From contig JADGBR010000001.1 in NCBI GenBank assembly GCA_015231405.1, forward strand, positions 91,964 through 155,963: a DNA stretch of 64,000 nt, written 5' to 3'. The stretch comes from Candidatus Omnitrophota bacterium. Lineage in GTDB: Bacteria; Omnitrophota; Gorgyraeia; Tantalellales; Tantalellaceae. The stretch's first letter is position 1; each line of letters opens with the position of its first letter. Below, one piece after another: positions 38,280 through 48,376 of this stretch. The notes under the pieces are model-generated. The model saw only the letters and a program-made list of their open reading frames with translations. It was not told the DNA's origin and ran no database searches. The position numbers were made by a program, and so were the translations under genes.

Positions 38280-39581
38280 ATGCGTTCAGTGAACATAGGG
38301 CTTATAGGCGCCGGTACCATAGGCGGCGGGGTCATAGACCTCATTGACCGTAACGGCAAGCTAATTTTCGACAGGACAGGAATTAAGCTCTTCTTGAAAA
38401 AGGTATGCGATAAAGATACGAAGAGGCTCGCTACTTTCAAGTCATTAAAAAAGTCCCAGTTTACCTCAGATCACAGGGAGATCCTTAACGATAAGGACAT
38501 AGATATCGTTATCGAGCTTATCGGAGGGATCAACCCGGCCAAGGAGATGGTCCTTAAAGCGCTCGGCGCGGGGAAACACGTTGTTACCGCCAATAAAGCC
38601 CTTCTCTCGGATTCATGGGACGAGATCTTCGATACGGCCCTTAAAAACAAGGTATTTGTGAATTTTGAGGCCAGCGTCGGCGGTGCCATTCCGATAATCC
38701 GTTGCCTAAAAGAGAGCTTCGTGACGAATAACCTGGAACTTGTTTACGGCATCCTCAACGGAACGACTAATTTCATACTGACTATGATGGACGAATGCGG
38801 ATATTCGTTCGACGAGGCCCTCAAGATCGCCCAGTCCAAGGGGATAGCCGAAAAGAACCCCGCGCTGGATATTAGCGGCGGAGATTCCGCGCAGAAACTC
38901 GCCATAATCCTTATACTCGGGTTCGGGGTCAAGGTATCGCCTAAAGATATCTTTACCGAAGGTATAGAGAACATAACTCCGCTGGACATTCAGTACGCGA
39001 AAAACTGGGGATATGTGATCAAGCTGTTGGCCATAGCTAAAAGGAAAGCGAAGGAGCTGCAGCTTAGGGTCCATCCTGCGCTTATCCCGGGGCATCATCT
39101 TCTTTCGGGGGTCAAGGGTGAGGATAACGCGGTATTCGTGAGGGGCGATTTTATAGGCGATTCGCTTCTTTACGGCAAAGGCGCCGGAAGCTGGCCGACG
39201 GCAAGTTCCGTTGTCAGCGACGTCGTAGACATAGCCAAACACGTCGTCTCCCATGGGGAAAGATCCCCCGCGACACACATATTGAGAACCCGGCGGGAAA
39301 GTTTCACTTTTCATGAGCACGATTCCTTCGATATCCCATACTATCTCAGGTTTTCCGTCATAGACAAACCGGGAGTTCTTGCGAAAATATCGACGATACT
39401 CGCGAGGAACAATATCAGCATAGAGAGGATGTACCAGGAGGTCAGGAAAGAGGGCCAATCCGTGCCGCTGGTAATGCTCACGCATAACGCCGTTGAAGGC
39501 AATATGAAAAAAGCCATCAGCGAGATCGATAAAATTGATGTCGTGACCGATAAGACAGTGGTCATACGGATAGAGGAGTGA
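38280..39581 (+). CDS. hom: homoserine dehydrogenase
   Basis: MRSVNIGLIGAGTIGGGV NAD-binding N-terminus, catalytic domain, C-terminal ACT domain. RBS AAGGAGTGAG. Confidence 0.9.
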   Translation: MRSVNIGLIGAGTIGGGVIDLIDRNGKLIFDRTGIKLFLKKVCDKDTKRLATFKSLKKSQFTSDHREILNDKDIDIVIELIGGINPAKEMVLKALGAGKHVVTANKALLSDSWDEIFDTALKNKVFVNFEASVGGAIPIIRCLKESFVTNNLELVYGILNGTTNFILTMMDECGYSFDEALKIAQSKGIAEKNPALDISGGDSAQKLAIILILGFGVKVSPKDIFTEGIENITPLDIQYAKNWGYVIKLLAIAKRKAKELQLRVHPALIPGHHLLSGVKGEDNAVFVRGDFIGDSLLYGKGAGSWPTASSVVSDVVDIAKHVVSHGERSPATHILRTRRESFTFHEHDSFDIPYYLRFSVIDKPGVLAKISTILARNNISIERMYQEVRKEGQSVPLVMLTHNAVEGNMKKAISEIDKIDVVTDKTVVIRIEE

Positions 39582-39603
39582 TCGAGAGGATAGAGAGAAG
39601 GGA

Positions 39604-39686
39604 TCCAGAAGCCTGAATATAGGATCCAGAACACGTAATAATTGAAAGGGCATGAACCGATCACTCCTGGATTCTGGCTTCTGAAT
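39604..39686. repeat. TCCAGAA heptamers at 39604 and 39625 (21 nt apart) plus inverted ttctggc ttctgaa at 39673-39686
   Basis: Between hom and thrC. Same unit family as the 38.1-kb, 47.6-kb and 61.6-kb loci. Confidence 0.65.
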
Positions 39687-39718
39687 TTTAACTGGGCTAT
39701 AGGGTCAGAGGGAAATAT

Positions 39719-40783
39719 ATGGGAATAATAGAGCGGTATAGGGAGTTCCTGCCGGTAACTGACAAAACTCCGGTGATCACGTTGGAGGAAGGTTCAACGC
39801 CGCTCATAAAGGCCGATCCTCTTTCGGATATCGTGGGGAAGGGTTATAGGGTTTGGCTGAAATTCGAGGGCCTTAACCCTACCGGGAGTTTTAAGGACAG
39901 GGGCATGACGGTAGCGGTCTCAAAAGCCGTCGAGGAAGGATCAAAGGCCGTAGTTTGCGCTTCTACCGGGAATACTTCGGCCTCCGCCGCAGCTTATTCG
40001 GCGCGGGCGGGAATAAAATGTGTCGTGATAATACCAGATGGCGCTATAGCCCTCGGAAAGCTCGCGCAGGCGCTCATCCATGGCGCTAAGGTCATAGCGG
40101 TAAGGGGTAATTTCGACCAGGCCCTTCTGATAGTCCGGGAAATGAGCGAAAAATATCCGATAACACTGGTTAATTCAGTGAATCCGTACAGGATAGATGG
40201 ACAAAAAACGGGATCTTTCGAGATCTGCGATATCCTCGGAAAAGCCCCCGAATACCATTCACTGCCGGTGGGTAACGCGGGAAATATTACGGCGTATTGG
40301 AAAGGGTACAAAGAATACCGCGAAAGAGGAAAGTCCCGGTCATTGCCCGTCATGATGGGCTTTCAGGCCGCTGGATCCGCACCTATCGTGGAGAAAAGGA
40401 TAATAAAAAAACCGGAGACAATAGCTACCGCGATAAAGATCGGTAACCCGGCCAGCTGGAAAACCGCCGAAGAGGCCAGGGATCAGTCAGGAGGGATCAT
40501 CGACAAGGTCACGGATGATGAGATACTTGAGGCTTATAAATTTCTGGCCGATAGGGTCGGGGTATTTGCCGAGCCGGCTTCGGCCGCAAGCGTAGCCGGT
40601 ATCATAAGAAAAGCCAGGGAAGGCTATTTTCCGGCAAATAGTGACCCTGACAATAAAAAAGATATAGTTTGCGTTTTGACAGGGCACGGGCTCAAAGACC
40701 CGGACAGGGCGATAAAATGCCTTGAGACCCCGGTAGCGGTTGACCCGGACCTGAAAGAGATAATTAAAAAGGCTGGGCTTTAG
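39719..40783 (+). CDS. thrC: threonine synthase
   Basis: PLP-lysine motif GSFKDRGMT; 354 aa short-form ThrC. Confidence 0.9.
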   Translation: MGIIERYREFLPVTDKTPVITLEEGSTPLIKADPLSDIVGKGYRVWLKFEGLNPTGSFKDRGMTVAVSKAVEEGSKAVVCASTGNTSASAAAYSARAGIKCVVIIPDGAIALGKLAQALIHGAKVIAVRGNFDQALLIVREMSEKYPITLVNSVNPYRIDGQKTGSFEICDILGKAPEYHSLPVGNAGNITAYWKGYKEYRERGKSRSLPVMMGFQAAGSAPIVEKRIIKKPETIATAIKIGNPASWKTAEEARDQSGGIIDKVTDDEILEAYKFLADRVGVFAEPASAASVAGIIRKAREGYFPANSDPDNKKDIVCVLTGHGLKDPDRAIKCLETPVAVDPDLKEIIKKAGL

Positions 40784-40786
40784 AAT

Positions 40787-41986
40787 ATGAAATACATTAT
40801 CCTGGTTCCGGACGGCATGGCCGGAGAACCGCTCGATGAGCTGGCAGGCCGTACATGTTTGGAGGCCGCCGATAAACCCAATATGGACCGGATCGCCAGG
40901 AGCGGCATCGTCGGCATGACATGGAATGTTCCCGAGAAAATGACGCCGGCGAGCGATGTGGCAACTCTTTCTATACTGGGTTACGACCCCGCAAAATATT
41001 ATTGCGGGAGAGGCCCGCTTGAAGCGGCGAATATGGGCATTGAGCTTGGGCCATCGAGTGTGGCTTTCAGGTTCAACTGGGTGACGTCGGATGGCGGAGT
41101 TATGGCCGATTACAGCGCCGGGCACATCTCTACAGGCGAGGGCATGGTTCTCGCCGAGCGGCTTTCAAAAGAGTTAGGGAGCGACAGGTTCAAATTCTAT
41201 CCCGGATTCAGTTATAGGAACATCATGGTCATGAATTGCAAGAATAAGGAAGAGGCGTCTAAGATATCGAAATTGAGGTGTTATCCTCCTCACGATATCA
41301 TGGACAGGCCGATAGATAAGCATTTCCCGGATAACCAGGAACTGTCAGGCCTGATAAAGCAGAGCGGGGAGGTACTGAAGAACCACGAAATAAATAAGGT
41401 AAGGATAGACCTGGGACAGAACCCGGCTAACATGATCTGGCTGTGGGGGCAGGGTAGAACACCTGATATGCCCAAATTCAAGGACGCTTATGGTTTGACA
41501 GGAGGGATCATATCCGCCGTGGATCTTATCAAGGGGATGGGGAAGATCCTTGGGCTTAGCGTCATTGATGTACCCGGAGCAACTGGTTATTACGATACCA
41601 ACTACGAAGGAAAAGCCGACGCGGCCCTGGAAGTGCTTAAGGATAAGGATTTCGTTTTTGTGCACGTTGAAGCGCCGGACGAGGCGGGCCATAACGGGGA
41701 CATACGTGCGAAGATCACGGCCATAGAGAATTTTGATTCAAGGCTTGTCGCGAGGATAATGAAAGGGGTCAGCGGACGTTATCCCTATAAGGTAATGGTA
41801 CTTCCCGACCATCCGACGCCGATCAAGAGGAGGACACATACCGCGGACCCTGTGCCTTTCGCGATAGCCGGCGAAGGTATCCAGCCCGACGGGGTAAGTG
41901 TTTTTACGGAAGCCGCGGCCAAGGCGGGTAGCATTGATGAGAAGAACGGCTATAAGCTCATGAAATTTTTTCTTAACACCAAATAA
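40787..41986 (+). CDS. apgM: cofactor-independent phosphoglycerate mutase, archaeal-type (ApgM) family protein; candidate non-orthologous homoserine kinase
   Basis: 399 aa of the metalloenzyme-superfamily ApgM/COG3635 type (MKYIILVPDGMA...). Sits between thrC and aspartate kinase in a cluster with no thrB. Confidence 0.7.
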   Translation: MKYIILVPDGMAGEPLDELAGRTCLEAADKPNMDRIARSGIVGMTWNVPEKMTPASDVATLSILGYDPAKYYCGRGPLEAANMGIELGPSSVAFRFNWVTSDGGVMADYSAGHISTGEGMVLAERLSKELGSDRFKFYPGFSYRNIMVMNCKNKEEASKISKLRCYPPHDIMDRPIDKHFPDNQELSGLIKQSGEVLKNHEINKVRIDLGQNPANMIWLWGQGRTPDMPKFKDAYGLTGGIISAVDLIKGMGKILGLSVIDVPGATGYYDTNYEGKADAALEVLKDKDFVFVHVEAPDEAGHNGDIRAKITAIENFDSRLVARIMKGVSGRYPYKVMVLPDHPTPIKRRTHTADPVPFAIAGEGIQPDGVSVFTEAAAKAGSIDEKNGYKLMKFFLNTK

Positions 41987-42001
41987 GAGGGGTGACGGCA
42001 G

Positions 42002-43231
42002 ATGAGTAAGAAAGATATAATTGTCCAGAAGTTCGGGGGAACAAGTGTGGCCACTCCGGAGAGGATAAAGAACGTGGCGAAAAAAGTTTCGGCATGTAAG
42101 AGGAAGGGATACGATGTAGTGGTGGTAGTGTCGGCCCTTGGCGAAACGACAGATGAGCTTATTAAGCTTGCGGATCAGATAGATACCGACCCGTCGGAAA
42201 GGGAGATGGACATGCTCCTTTCCACGGGTGAGCAGATATCGGTGGCTCTTTTGGCCATGGCGCTTCACAAAATAGGCGAGGAAGCCATTTCTTTTACGGG
42301 GGCTCAGGTCGGCATAATGACCGACACCAGCCATACTAAAGCGAGGATACTGGATATATCGACCGAACGCATTAAGAAAGAACTTGGAAAAGGAAAGATC
42401 GTAATAGTGGCGGGGTTCCAGGGGATAAGCCTCCATCATGAGATCACTACACTCGGCCGCGGCGGGTCGGATATGACAGCCGTCGCTTTGGCTAAAGTTC
42501 TTAAGGCTAAAATGTGCGAGATATACACTGACGTTAAAGGAATATATACCGCCGATCCCAGGATAGTCGGGAACGCGAGAAAACTCGACACTATATGCTA
42601 CGACGAGATGCTCGAGCTCGCGTCTTTGGGCGCTCAGGTCATGCAGGCGAGGAGCATGGAAGTCGCCTCGAAGTTCAATGTGCCTATACATGTGAGGTCA
42701 AGTTTTTCTGATGATAACGGAACTATTATCGGCAAGGAGGATAAGAAAATGGAAGAAGTACTGGTTAGAGGCGTTACCGTAAATAAAGGCGAGGCGAGGG
42801 TCATAGTTTCAGGCGTTCCCGATAAGCCGGGGGAAGCGAGCCGGTTGTTCGAGTATCTGGCCAAAGAGAACATCAACGTGGACATGATAATCCAGAATAA
42901 ATCCACTTCCGGGACGACCGATATCACTTTTACGGCACCGGAGTCATCGTTGGCCAGGACCCAGAAAGTTGTGGACAAGGCCTCTAAAGAGATGGGTTCC
43001 GCTGAAGTTAAATACGACAAAGATATCGCGAAACTTTCGGTTGTCGGCATCGGTATGCGCAGCCACGCGGGCGTCGCCGCGAAAATGTTCAAATGTCTCG
43101 CCTCGAAAAAGATAAATATCGAGATGATATCGACCAGCGAGATAAAGATATCCTGCGTAATAAAGAGGAAGGACGCCGATGAGGCTGTAAAGGCCCTTCA
43201 TAAAGCCTTTGGGCTGGACAAGGTCCGTTAA
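42002..43231 (+). CDS. lysC: aspartate kinase (monofunctional, with ACT domains)
   Basis: IVQKFGGTSVA N-terminus, kinase core, two C-terminal ACT domains. Confidence 0.9.
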   Translation: MSKKDIIVQKFGGTSVATPERIKNVAKKVSACKRKGYDVVVVVSALGETTDELIKLADQIDTDPSEREMDMLLSTGEQISVALLAMALHKIGEEAISFTGAQVGIMTDTSHTKARILDISTERIKKELGKGKIVIVAGFQGISLHHEITTLGRGGSDMTAVALAKVLKAKMCEIYTDVKGIYTADPRIVGNARKLDTICYDEMLELASLGAQVMQARSMEVASKFNVPIHVRSSFSDDNGTIIGKEDKKMEEVLVRGVTVNKGEARVIVSGVPDKPGEASRLFEYLAKENINVDMIIQNKSTSGTTDITFTAPESSLARTQKVVDKASKEMGSAEVKYDKDIAKLSVVGIGMRSHAGVAAKMFKCLASKKINIEMISTSEIKISCVIKRKDADEAVKALHKAFGLDKVR

Positions 43232-43245
43232 AAAAGGCGGTTCGC

Positions 43246-44868
43246 ATGAGGAAGATATTCATATACGACACGACTCTCCGTGACGGAGCGCAGTTCGAGG
43301 GGATATCTTTTACCGTCCAGGATAAACTTCGGATCTGCGAAAAACTCGACTCCCTGGGTATTGATTTCATAGAAGGCGGATGGCCGGGCGCCAATCCCAA
43401 GGAAAGCGAATTTTTCGAGGTAGCCTCAAAACAGCTAAAACTGAAAAGGTCAAAGCTTGTCGCCTTCGGGAGCACCCGGCGAGTTGACTCCAAGGTCGCA
43501 AAAGATGCCATAGTAAACGCTCTTTTGAAAGCTGGGACGGAATATGTCACTATTTTCGGTAAGACCTGGGACCTCCATGTGAAAGAGGTCCTCAGGACCT
43601 CTGAGAAAGAGAATCTCAAAATGATAAGCGATACCGTTTCTTTTCTCTCTGGGAAAGGAAGGAATGTCATTTATGACGCCGAGCATTTTTTTGACGGTTA
43701 CGAGAATAACCCCGTATATGCGGTGGAAACCCTCAAGGCGGCTTTCGACGCAGGGGCCGAAACCCTTGTGCTTTGCGATACTAACGGCGGGACTTTGACG
43801 GGAAGGGTATATGAGATAGTTGAGGAAGTTAAGGGAAAGATACACGCTCCGCTCGGGATACATACACATAACGACGCCGAGATGGCCGTCGCCAATTCGA
43901 TAGCGGCTGTCGAGGCCGGTTGCGTTCAGGTGCAGGGAACTTTTAACGGCTATGGCGAAAGGTGCGGTAACGCGAATCTTGTATCTATCGTTCCTGCGCT
44001 ACGCTTCAAGCTTGGATACGATTGCCTGTCGGATCTTGCCCTCATGGAGTTTACCGAGGCCTCCAAATATATAGCTGAGACCGCTAACATGAAACACCAT
44101 GACTCCCAGCCTTACGTCGGCTCTAGCGCTTTCGCCCACAAAGCCGGCGTTCACATAAACGCGATGATGAAGGATCCGAGGAGCTACGAACATATGGATC
44201 CGTCTAAGACCGGGAATAAAAGGCGTATACTCATTTCCGAACTTTCGGGCAGGTCAAGCATAGTCAAGAAAGCCGGTGAGATGGGGATCATGATGGACCA
44301 GGGTTCGCCTGAAGCGATGAAAATACTCAACCAGGTCCAGGATATGGAAAAGGAAGGATACCAGTTCGAGCTGGCGGAAGCTTCGCTTATGCTTCTTATG
44401 AAAAGGGCTTCGTCCTTCTCTCAAACATTTTTTTCGATAGATGACCTCAGGGTCATAGTCGAGAAAAGGTTCGGCGGGAATATCGTTTCCGAGGCTACGG
44501 TGAAGGTCAGGGTCGGAGATGTTGAAAGGCATACGGTTTCGATGGGTGACGGCCCGGTCCACGCGATGGACCAGGCGCTCAGGAAATCGCTGGTCGACTA
44601 TTACCCTCATCTCAAAAAAATGCATCTCTCTGATTTTAGGGTGAGGGTGCTCGATGAGAGATCGGGAACCGCAGCCAAGGTCCGGGTGCTAATACAGAGC
44701 CAGGATGAACAGGACTCGTGGTGGACGGTGGGCGTATCGGAAAATATAATCGAGGCCAGCTGGAAAGCCATTCTGGATTCCATTGAATACAAACTGCTTA
44801 AGGACATGCCCGCGGGAAAGGATAAAAAGGCCTCAAAACAAAAGAACACTTCCGGCCGGGCGAGATAA
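43246..44868 (+). CDS. cimA: (R)-citramalate synthase / 2-isopropylmalate synthase family (CimA-like long form)
   Basis: IYDTTLRDGAQ DRE-TIM barrel N-terminus, HTHND, C-terminal LeuA-dimer regulatory domain. 540 aa in a Thr/Ile-pathway neighbourhood. Confidence 0.6.
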   Translation: MRKIFIYDTTLRDGAQFEGISFTVQDKLRICEKLDSLGIDFIEGGWPGANPKESEFFEVASKQLKLKRSKLVAFGSTRRVDSKVAKDAIVNALLKAGTEYVTIFGKTWDLHVKEVLRTSEKENLKMISDTVSFLSGKGRNVIYDAEHFFDGYENNPVYAVETLKAAFDAGAETLVLCDTNGGTLTGRVYEIVEEVKGKIHAPLGIHTHNDAEMAVANSIAAVEAGCVQVQGTFNGYGERCGNANLVSIVPALRFKLGYDCLSDLALMEFTEASKYIAETANMKHHDSQPYVGSSAFAHKAGVHINAMMKDPRSYEHMDPSKTGNKRRILISELSGRSSIVKKAGEMGIMMDQGSPEAMKILNQVQDMEKEGYQFELAEASLMLLMKRASSFSQTFFSIDDLRVIVEKRFGGNIVSEATVKVRVGDVERHTVSMGDGPVHAMDQALRKSLVDYYPHLKKMHLSDFRVRVLDERSGTAAKVRVLIQSQDEQDSWWTVGVSENIIEASWKAILDSIEYKLLKDMPAGKDKKASKQKNTSGRAR

Positions 44869-44873
44869 CCACT

Positions 44874-47567
44874 ATGTCAAATATCATACCGACCAGGTAC
44901 GAGCCTAAAGAGATCGAGGAGAGGATCTACGCTGAGTGGGAGGAGAAAAAGCTCTTTCGCGCCGACGAGAGCTCCCAAAAAAGCGCGTATTCGATAGTCA
45001 TCCCGCCGCCTAATGTTACCGGCGTCCTCCATATGGGCCACGCGCTCAACAACACCATCCAGGACATTCTCGTCCGATGGAAGCGGATGCAGGGGTACGA
45101 TACTCTCTGGCTCCCAGGGACGGACCACGCCGGGATAGCTACGCAGAACGTGGTTGAAAGAGCTCTCGCCAAAGAGAAGAGAACCAGGGCGGACATGGGG
45201 CGGGATAAATTTCTTGAACGGGTGTGGCAGTGGAAGGAAGAATACGGCGGGACCATAATCCATCAGCTCAAACGCCTGGGATGTTCCTGTGACTGGACGA
45301 GGACCAGGTTCACGATGGATAAGGGTCTTTCCGAAGCGGTCATGGAAGTTTTTAAAAGGTTGTTCGAGGACAGGCTGCTTTACAAGGGAGATTATATCAT
45401 AAACTGGTGCCCGCGCTGCGGGACAGCGCTTTCCGATGAGGAAGCGGAACACAGGGACCTGTCCGGGAAATTATATTACATCAAGTACCAGGTCGAAGGC
45501 GCCTTGAAGCTCGAAATAGAGAACAAGGATTACATAGTGGTCGCGACAACGCGTCCGGAAACTCTTCTCGGGGACGTCGCCGTCGCCGTTAATCCGGACG
45601 ACGAAAGGTATTCATGGCTCGAAGGGAAGAAGGTCATCCTACCCATCCTCAAACGCAGACTCGACGTCATTTTTGATAAGGAGGTCGACCCATCTTTCGG
45701 GACTGGAGCGCTGAAAGTGACCCCCGCGCATGACCCCGTTGATTTCGCCCTCGCGGTGAAACATGATCTAAAGCCCATAAACGCGATGAATAACGACGGT
45801 ACGATCAACGAGAACGGCGGAGAATACCAGGGGTTAGACAGGTTCGAGGCCAGAGAAGCTATAGTCGAGGAGTTGAAGCAGCGGCATCAGTTCGTAAAAA
45901 TGGAAGATCACGATCATTCGGTCGGGCATTGCTACAGATGTCATACGGTTGTTGAACCGAGGCTCTCAAAGCAGTGGTTCGTGAGGATGAAACCACTTGC
46001 GGTCGAGGGCATACAGGTCGTTAACGAGGGGAAGATCAGGTTCCATCCCGAGAGATGGACGAAAGTATATCTTAACTGGATGGAGAATATCCGCGACTGG
46101 TGCGTTTCACGCCAGATCTGGTGGGGTCATAGGATCCCGGTATGGTACTGCGTTGATTGCCTCGGTGGAAAGTCTCCCAGGGATGTCGAGGTGGACGGGC
46201 CGGGCGTTACGGGCGTTTTTCTCGTGACCGGGGAAGAGAAAACGACGAAATGCCCGTTCTGCGGCGGTGGTAACACCGCACAGGACCCGGACGTTCTTGA
46301 CACATGGTTCAGCTCTTGGTTATGGCCGTTCTCAACGATGGGTTGGCCCAGGGAGACCGCGGAACTCACGAAATTCTATCCGACCGACGCGCTGGTCACA
46401 GCCCAGGAGATCATATTTTTCTGGGTAGCCAGGATGATAATGGCTGGGCTCAAATTCCGCGAAGATATTCCTTTCAGGGATGTATACATACACGGTACGG
46501 TGAGGGATTCAACCGGCACCAAAATGTCAAAATCGCTCGGGAACGTCATTGATCCGCTGGAAGTCATACAGGAAGTTGGGGCCGACGCGTTAAGGTACAG
46601 CATAATCTCGATCACCTCCCAGGGGCAGGACGTGTTCCTTTCGAAGGACAAATTTGAGTTCGGGCGTAACTTCGCGAATAAATTGTGGAACGCGTCGCGT
46701 TACGTGATGATGAATATGGAGGATCACGTTCCCGGTAAGGCATCCGCGGGGAACGATCTTGCGGGAAAATGGATAATGAGCGCTTATAATCAGGCTGTGG
46801 ACGATGTCCAGAAAAGTCTTGTCGCGTTCAGGTTCAACGACGCGGCGTCAGCTCTGTATGAGTTCGTCTGGCACAAATATTGCGACTGGTATCTCGAGCT
46901 TTCCAAGCTTTCTGAGGATAAGGTTGTTACGCGTGAAATACTAATAACCGTTCTGGACGGGATACTCCGACTTATGCATCCTTTCATGCCATTTATTACC
47001 GAGGAGATATGGCAGAAGTTGCCATCAAAGAACGGTGAGTTCCTCATGACCTCCGGTTGGCCGGTTTTTGACGAAACGTCCGTCGACCTCGTGGCTACTA
47101 ATAGCATGGAAGCTCTCATAGCTATGATCACGGCGGTACGCAATATAAGGTCTTTCTGGAATATAGAGCCTAAAGTATCGGTTGATGTCGTTTTTAAAGT
47201 AGAAAATAAGCGGGATGCGGCCCTTATCTCGGAAAATTCGGTGTATGTCGAAAAATTAGGGAGATGTTCGATCAAGGAAATCAGCGAAAAGGCCGCCCGT
47301 CCCGGCAAGTCGGTCTCTTCTCTGGTCAACAGGATAAAGGTCTTTGTCCTTCTCGGGGACGCCATTGATCTTGAAAAAGAGGGAAAACGCATATCCGACA
47401 GGATAGAAGAGCTCCAGAATTATCTTATCACTTTGGAAAAGAAACTTGATAACAAGGATTTCGTTTCGAGGGCGCCAGCCGAGATAGTCGAGAAGGAAAA
47501 ATCCAAAAAGGAAAAATTTACGCGCGAGGTCAGGACTCTTAAGGAGAACCTTGAGGCGATCAAATAA
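44874..47567 (+). CDS. valS: valine--tRNA ligase
   Basis: HIGH (PPPNVTGVLHMGHAL) and KMSKS (KMSKSLGN) motifs. 897 aa with a coiled-coil C-terminus. Confidence 0.95.
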   Translation: MSNIIPTRYEPKEIEERIYAEWEEKKLFRADESSQKSAYSIVIPPPNVTGVLHMGHALNNTIQDILVRWKRMQGYDTLWLPGTDHAGIATQNVVERALAKEKRTRADMGRDKFLERVWQWKEEYGGTIIHQLKRLGCSCDWTRTRFTMDKGLSEAVMEVFKRLFEDRLLYKGDYIINWCPRCGTALSDEEAEHRDLSGKLYYIKYQVEGALKLEIENKDYIVVATTRPETLLGDVAVAVNPDDERYSWLEGKKVILPILKRRLDVIFDKEVDPSFGTGALKVTPAHDPVDFALAVKHDLKPINAMNNDGTINENGGEYQGLDRFEAREAIVEELKQRHQFVKMEDHDHSVGHCYRCHTVVEPRLSKQWFVRMKPLAVEGIQVVNEGKIRFHPERWTKVYLNWMENIRDWCVSRQIWWGHRIPVWYCVDCLGGKSPRDVEVDGPGVTGVFLVTGEEKTTKCPFCGGGNTAQDPDVLDTWFSSWLWPFSTMGWPRETAELTKFYPTDALVTAQEIIFFWVARMIMAGLKFREDIPFRDVYIHGTVRDSTGTKMSKSLGNVIDPLEVIQEVGADALRYSIISITSQGQDVFLSKDKFEFGRNFANKLWNASRYVMMNMEDHVPGKASAGNDLAGKWIMSAYNQAVDDVQKSLVAFRFNDAASALYEFVWHKYCDWYLELSKLSEDKVVTREILITVLDGILRLMHPFMPFITEEIWQKLPSKNGEFLMTSGWPVFDETSVDLVATNSMEALIAMITAVRNIRSFWNIEPKVSVDVVFKVENKRDAALISENSVYVEKLGRCSIKEISEKAARPGKSVSSLVNRIKVFVLLGDAIDLEKEGKRISDRIEELQNYLITLEKKLDNKDFVSRAPAEIVEKEKSKKEKFTREVRTLKENLEAIK

Positions 47568-47571
47568 TAGA

Positions 47572-47627
47572 AAATAAGAAACGAAATAAAGAATCAAGCA
47601 TCCAGAATTAAGGATCCAGAATATGGA
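47572..47627. repeat. eight A-phased heptamers (aaataag aaacgaa ataaaga atcaagc atccaga attaagg atccaga atatgga)
   Basis: Between valS and the pseudouridine synthase. The last unit contains that gene's ATG. ATCCAGA x2. Confidence 0.65.
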
Positions 47628-48363
47628 TAACAAATCTGAGAAGAGGAGATTGCAGAGCGTTCTTTCACATGCCGGAGTTTGCAGCCGCAGGGCTGCCTCC
47701 GGTATCATAGAATCCGGCAGGGTAAAAGTGGACGGCAGTACGGTACGGGACAAGGGGGCGAGGGTCGATCCGTCGGTGAGCGAGATACTTCTGGATGATA
47801 AGCCTGTTTTTTCGGCCGAAAAAAAACATTACTACCTTTTTAATAAACCGCTGAACGTTATATCGACCGTTAGCGACACTCACGACAGGAGAAAAATAAC
47901 GGATTTTTTTTCGTCTGTGAAAGCGAGGCTTTACCCTGTAGGGAGACTGGATAAGGACACGACCGGTCTTATTATTGTGACCAATGACGGCGAGCTTTGT
48001 CACAGGTTATCCCATCCAAGTTTTGAGGTAGAGAAAGAATATATGGTCACCGTTTCGGGTAGCGTTCCAGGGGCGCGAGCGAAGGAGATGGAAGGCGGGG
48101 TGGTCATCGACGGCGAAAAGACTTATCCTTGTCGGATCGATATTACGGAAAAAGGCGATAAATATACCGTTTTAACGGTTAAATTGCATGAGGGCCGAAA
48201 AAGACAGATCAGGAAAATGTTCGCCGCTTCCGGCTTCAGGGTGAGGGATCTTGAGAGGATAAAATACGCGGGGCTTACCATAGACGGCCTTAAAAGCGGC
48301 GAATACAGAGCCCTCTCGCATGCGGAGGTCGAAAAGCTTTTCAAATTGACCGGAAGAAGATGA
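47623..48363 (+). CDS. pseudouridine synthase, RsuA/RluB family (S4 + catalytic domain)
   Basis: S4 domain (RLQSVLSHAGVCSRR), catalytic GRLDKDTTGLIIVTNDGEL. Confidence 0.85.
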   Translation: MDNKSEKRRLQSVLSHAGVCSRRAASGIIESGRVKVDGSTVRDKGARVDPSVSEILLDDKPVFSAEKKHYYLFNKPLNVISTVSDTHDRRKITDFFSSVKARLYPVGRLDKDTTGLIIVTNDGELCHRLSHPSFEVEKEYMVTVSGSVPGARAKEMEGGVVIDGEKTYPCRIDITEKGDKYTVLTVKLHEGRKRQIRKMFAASGFRVRDLERIKYAGLTIDGLKSGEYRALSHAEVEKLFKLTGRR

Positions 48364-48376
48364 AGGGGATAAAGTT

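Noticed and set aside
41738-42691. 317-aa minus-strand ORF opposite apgM/lysC; also 20955-21821 (288 aa) opposite trpB, 38706-39653 (315 aa) opposite hom, 40487-41125 opposite thrC/apgM
   Set aside because: All lie antisense to well-supported + strand genes. His/Arg/Tyr-rich or compositionally odd translations typical of antisense frames. No start-site signals.
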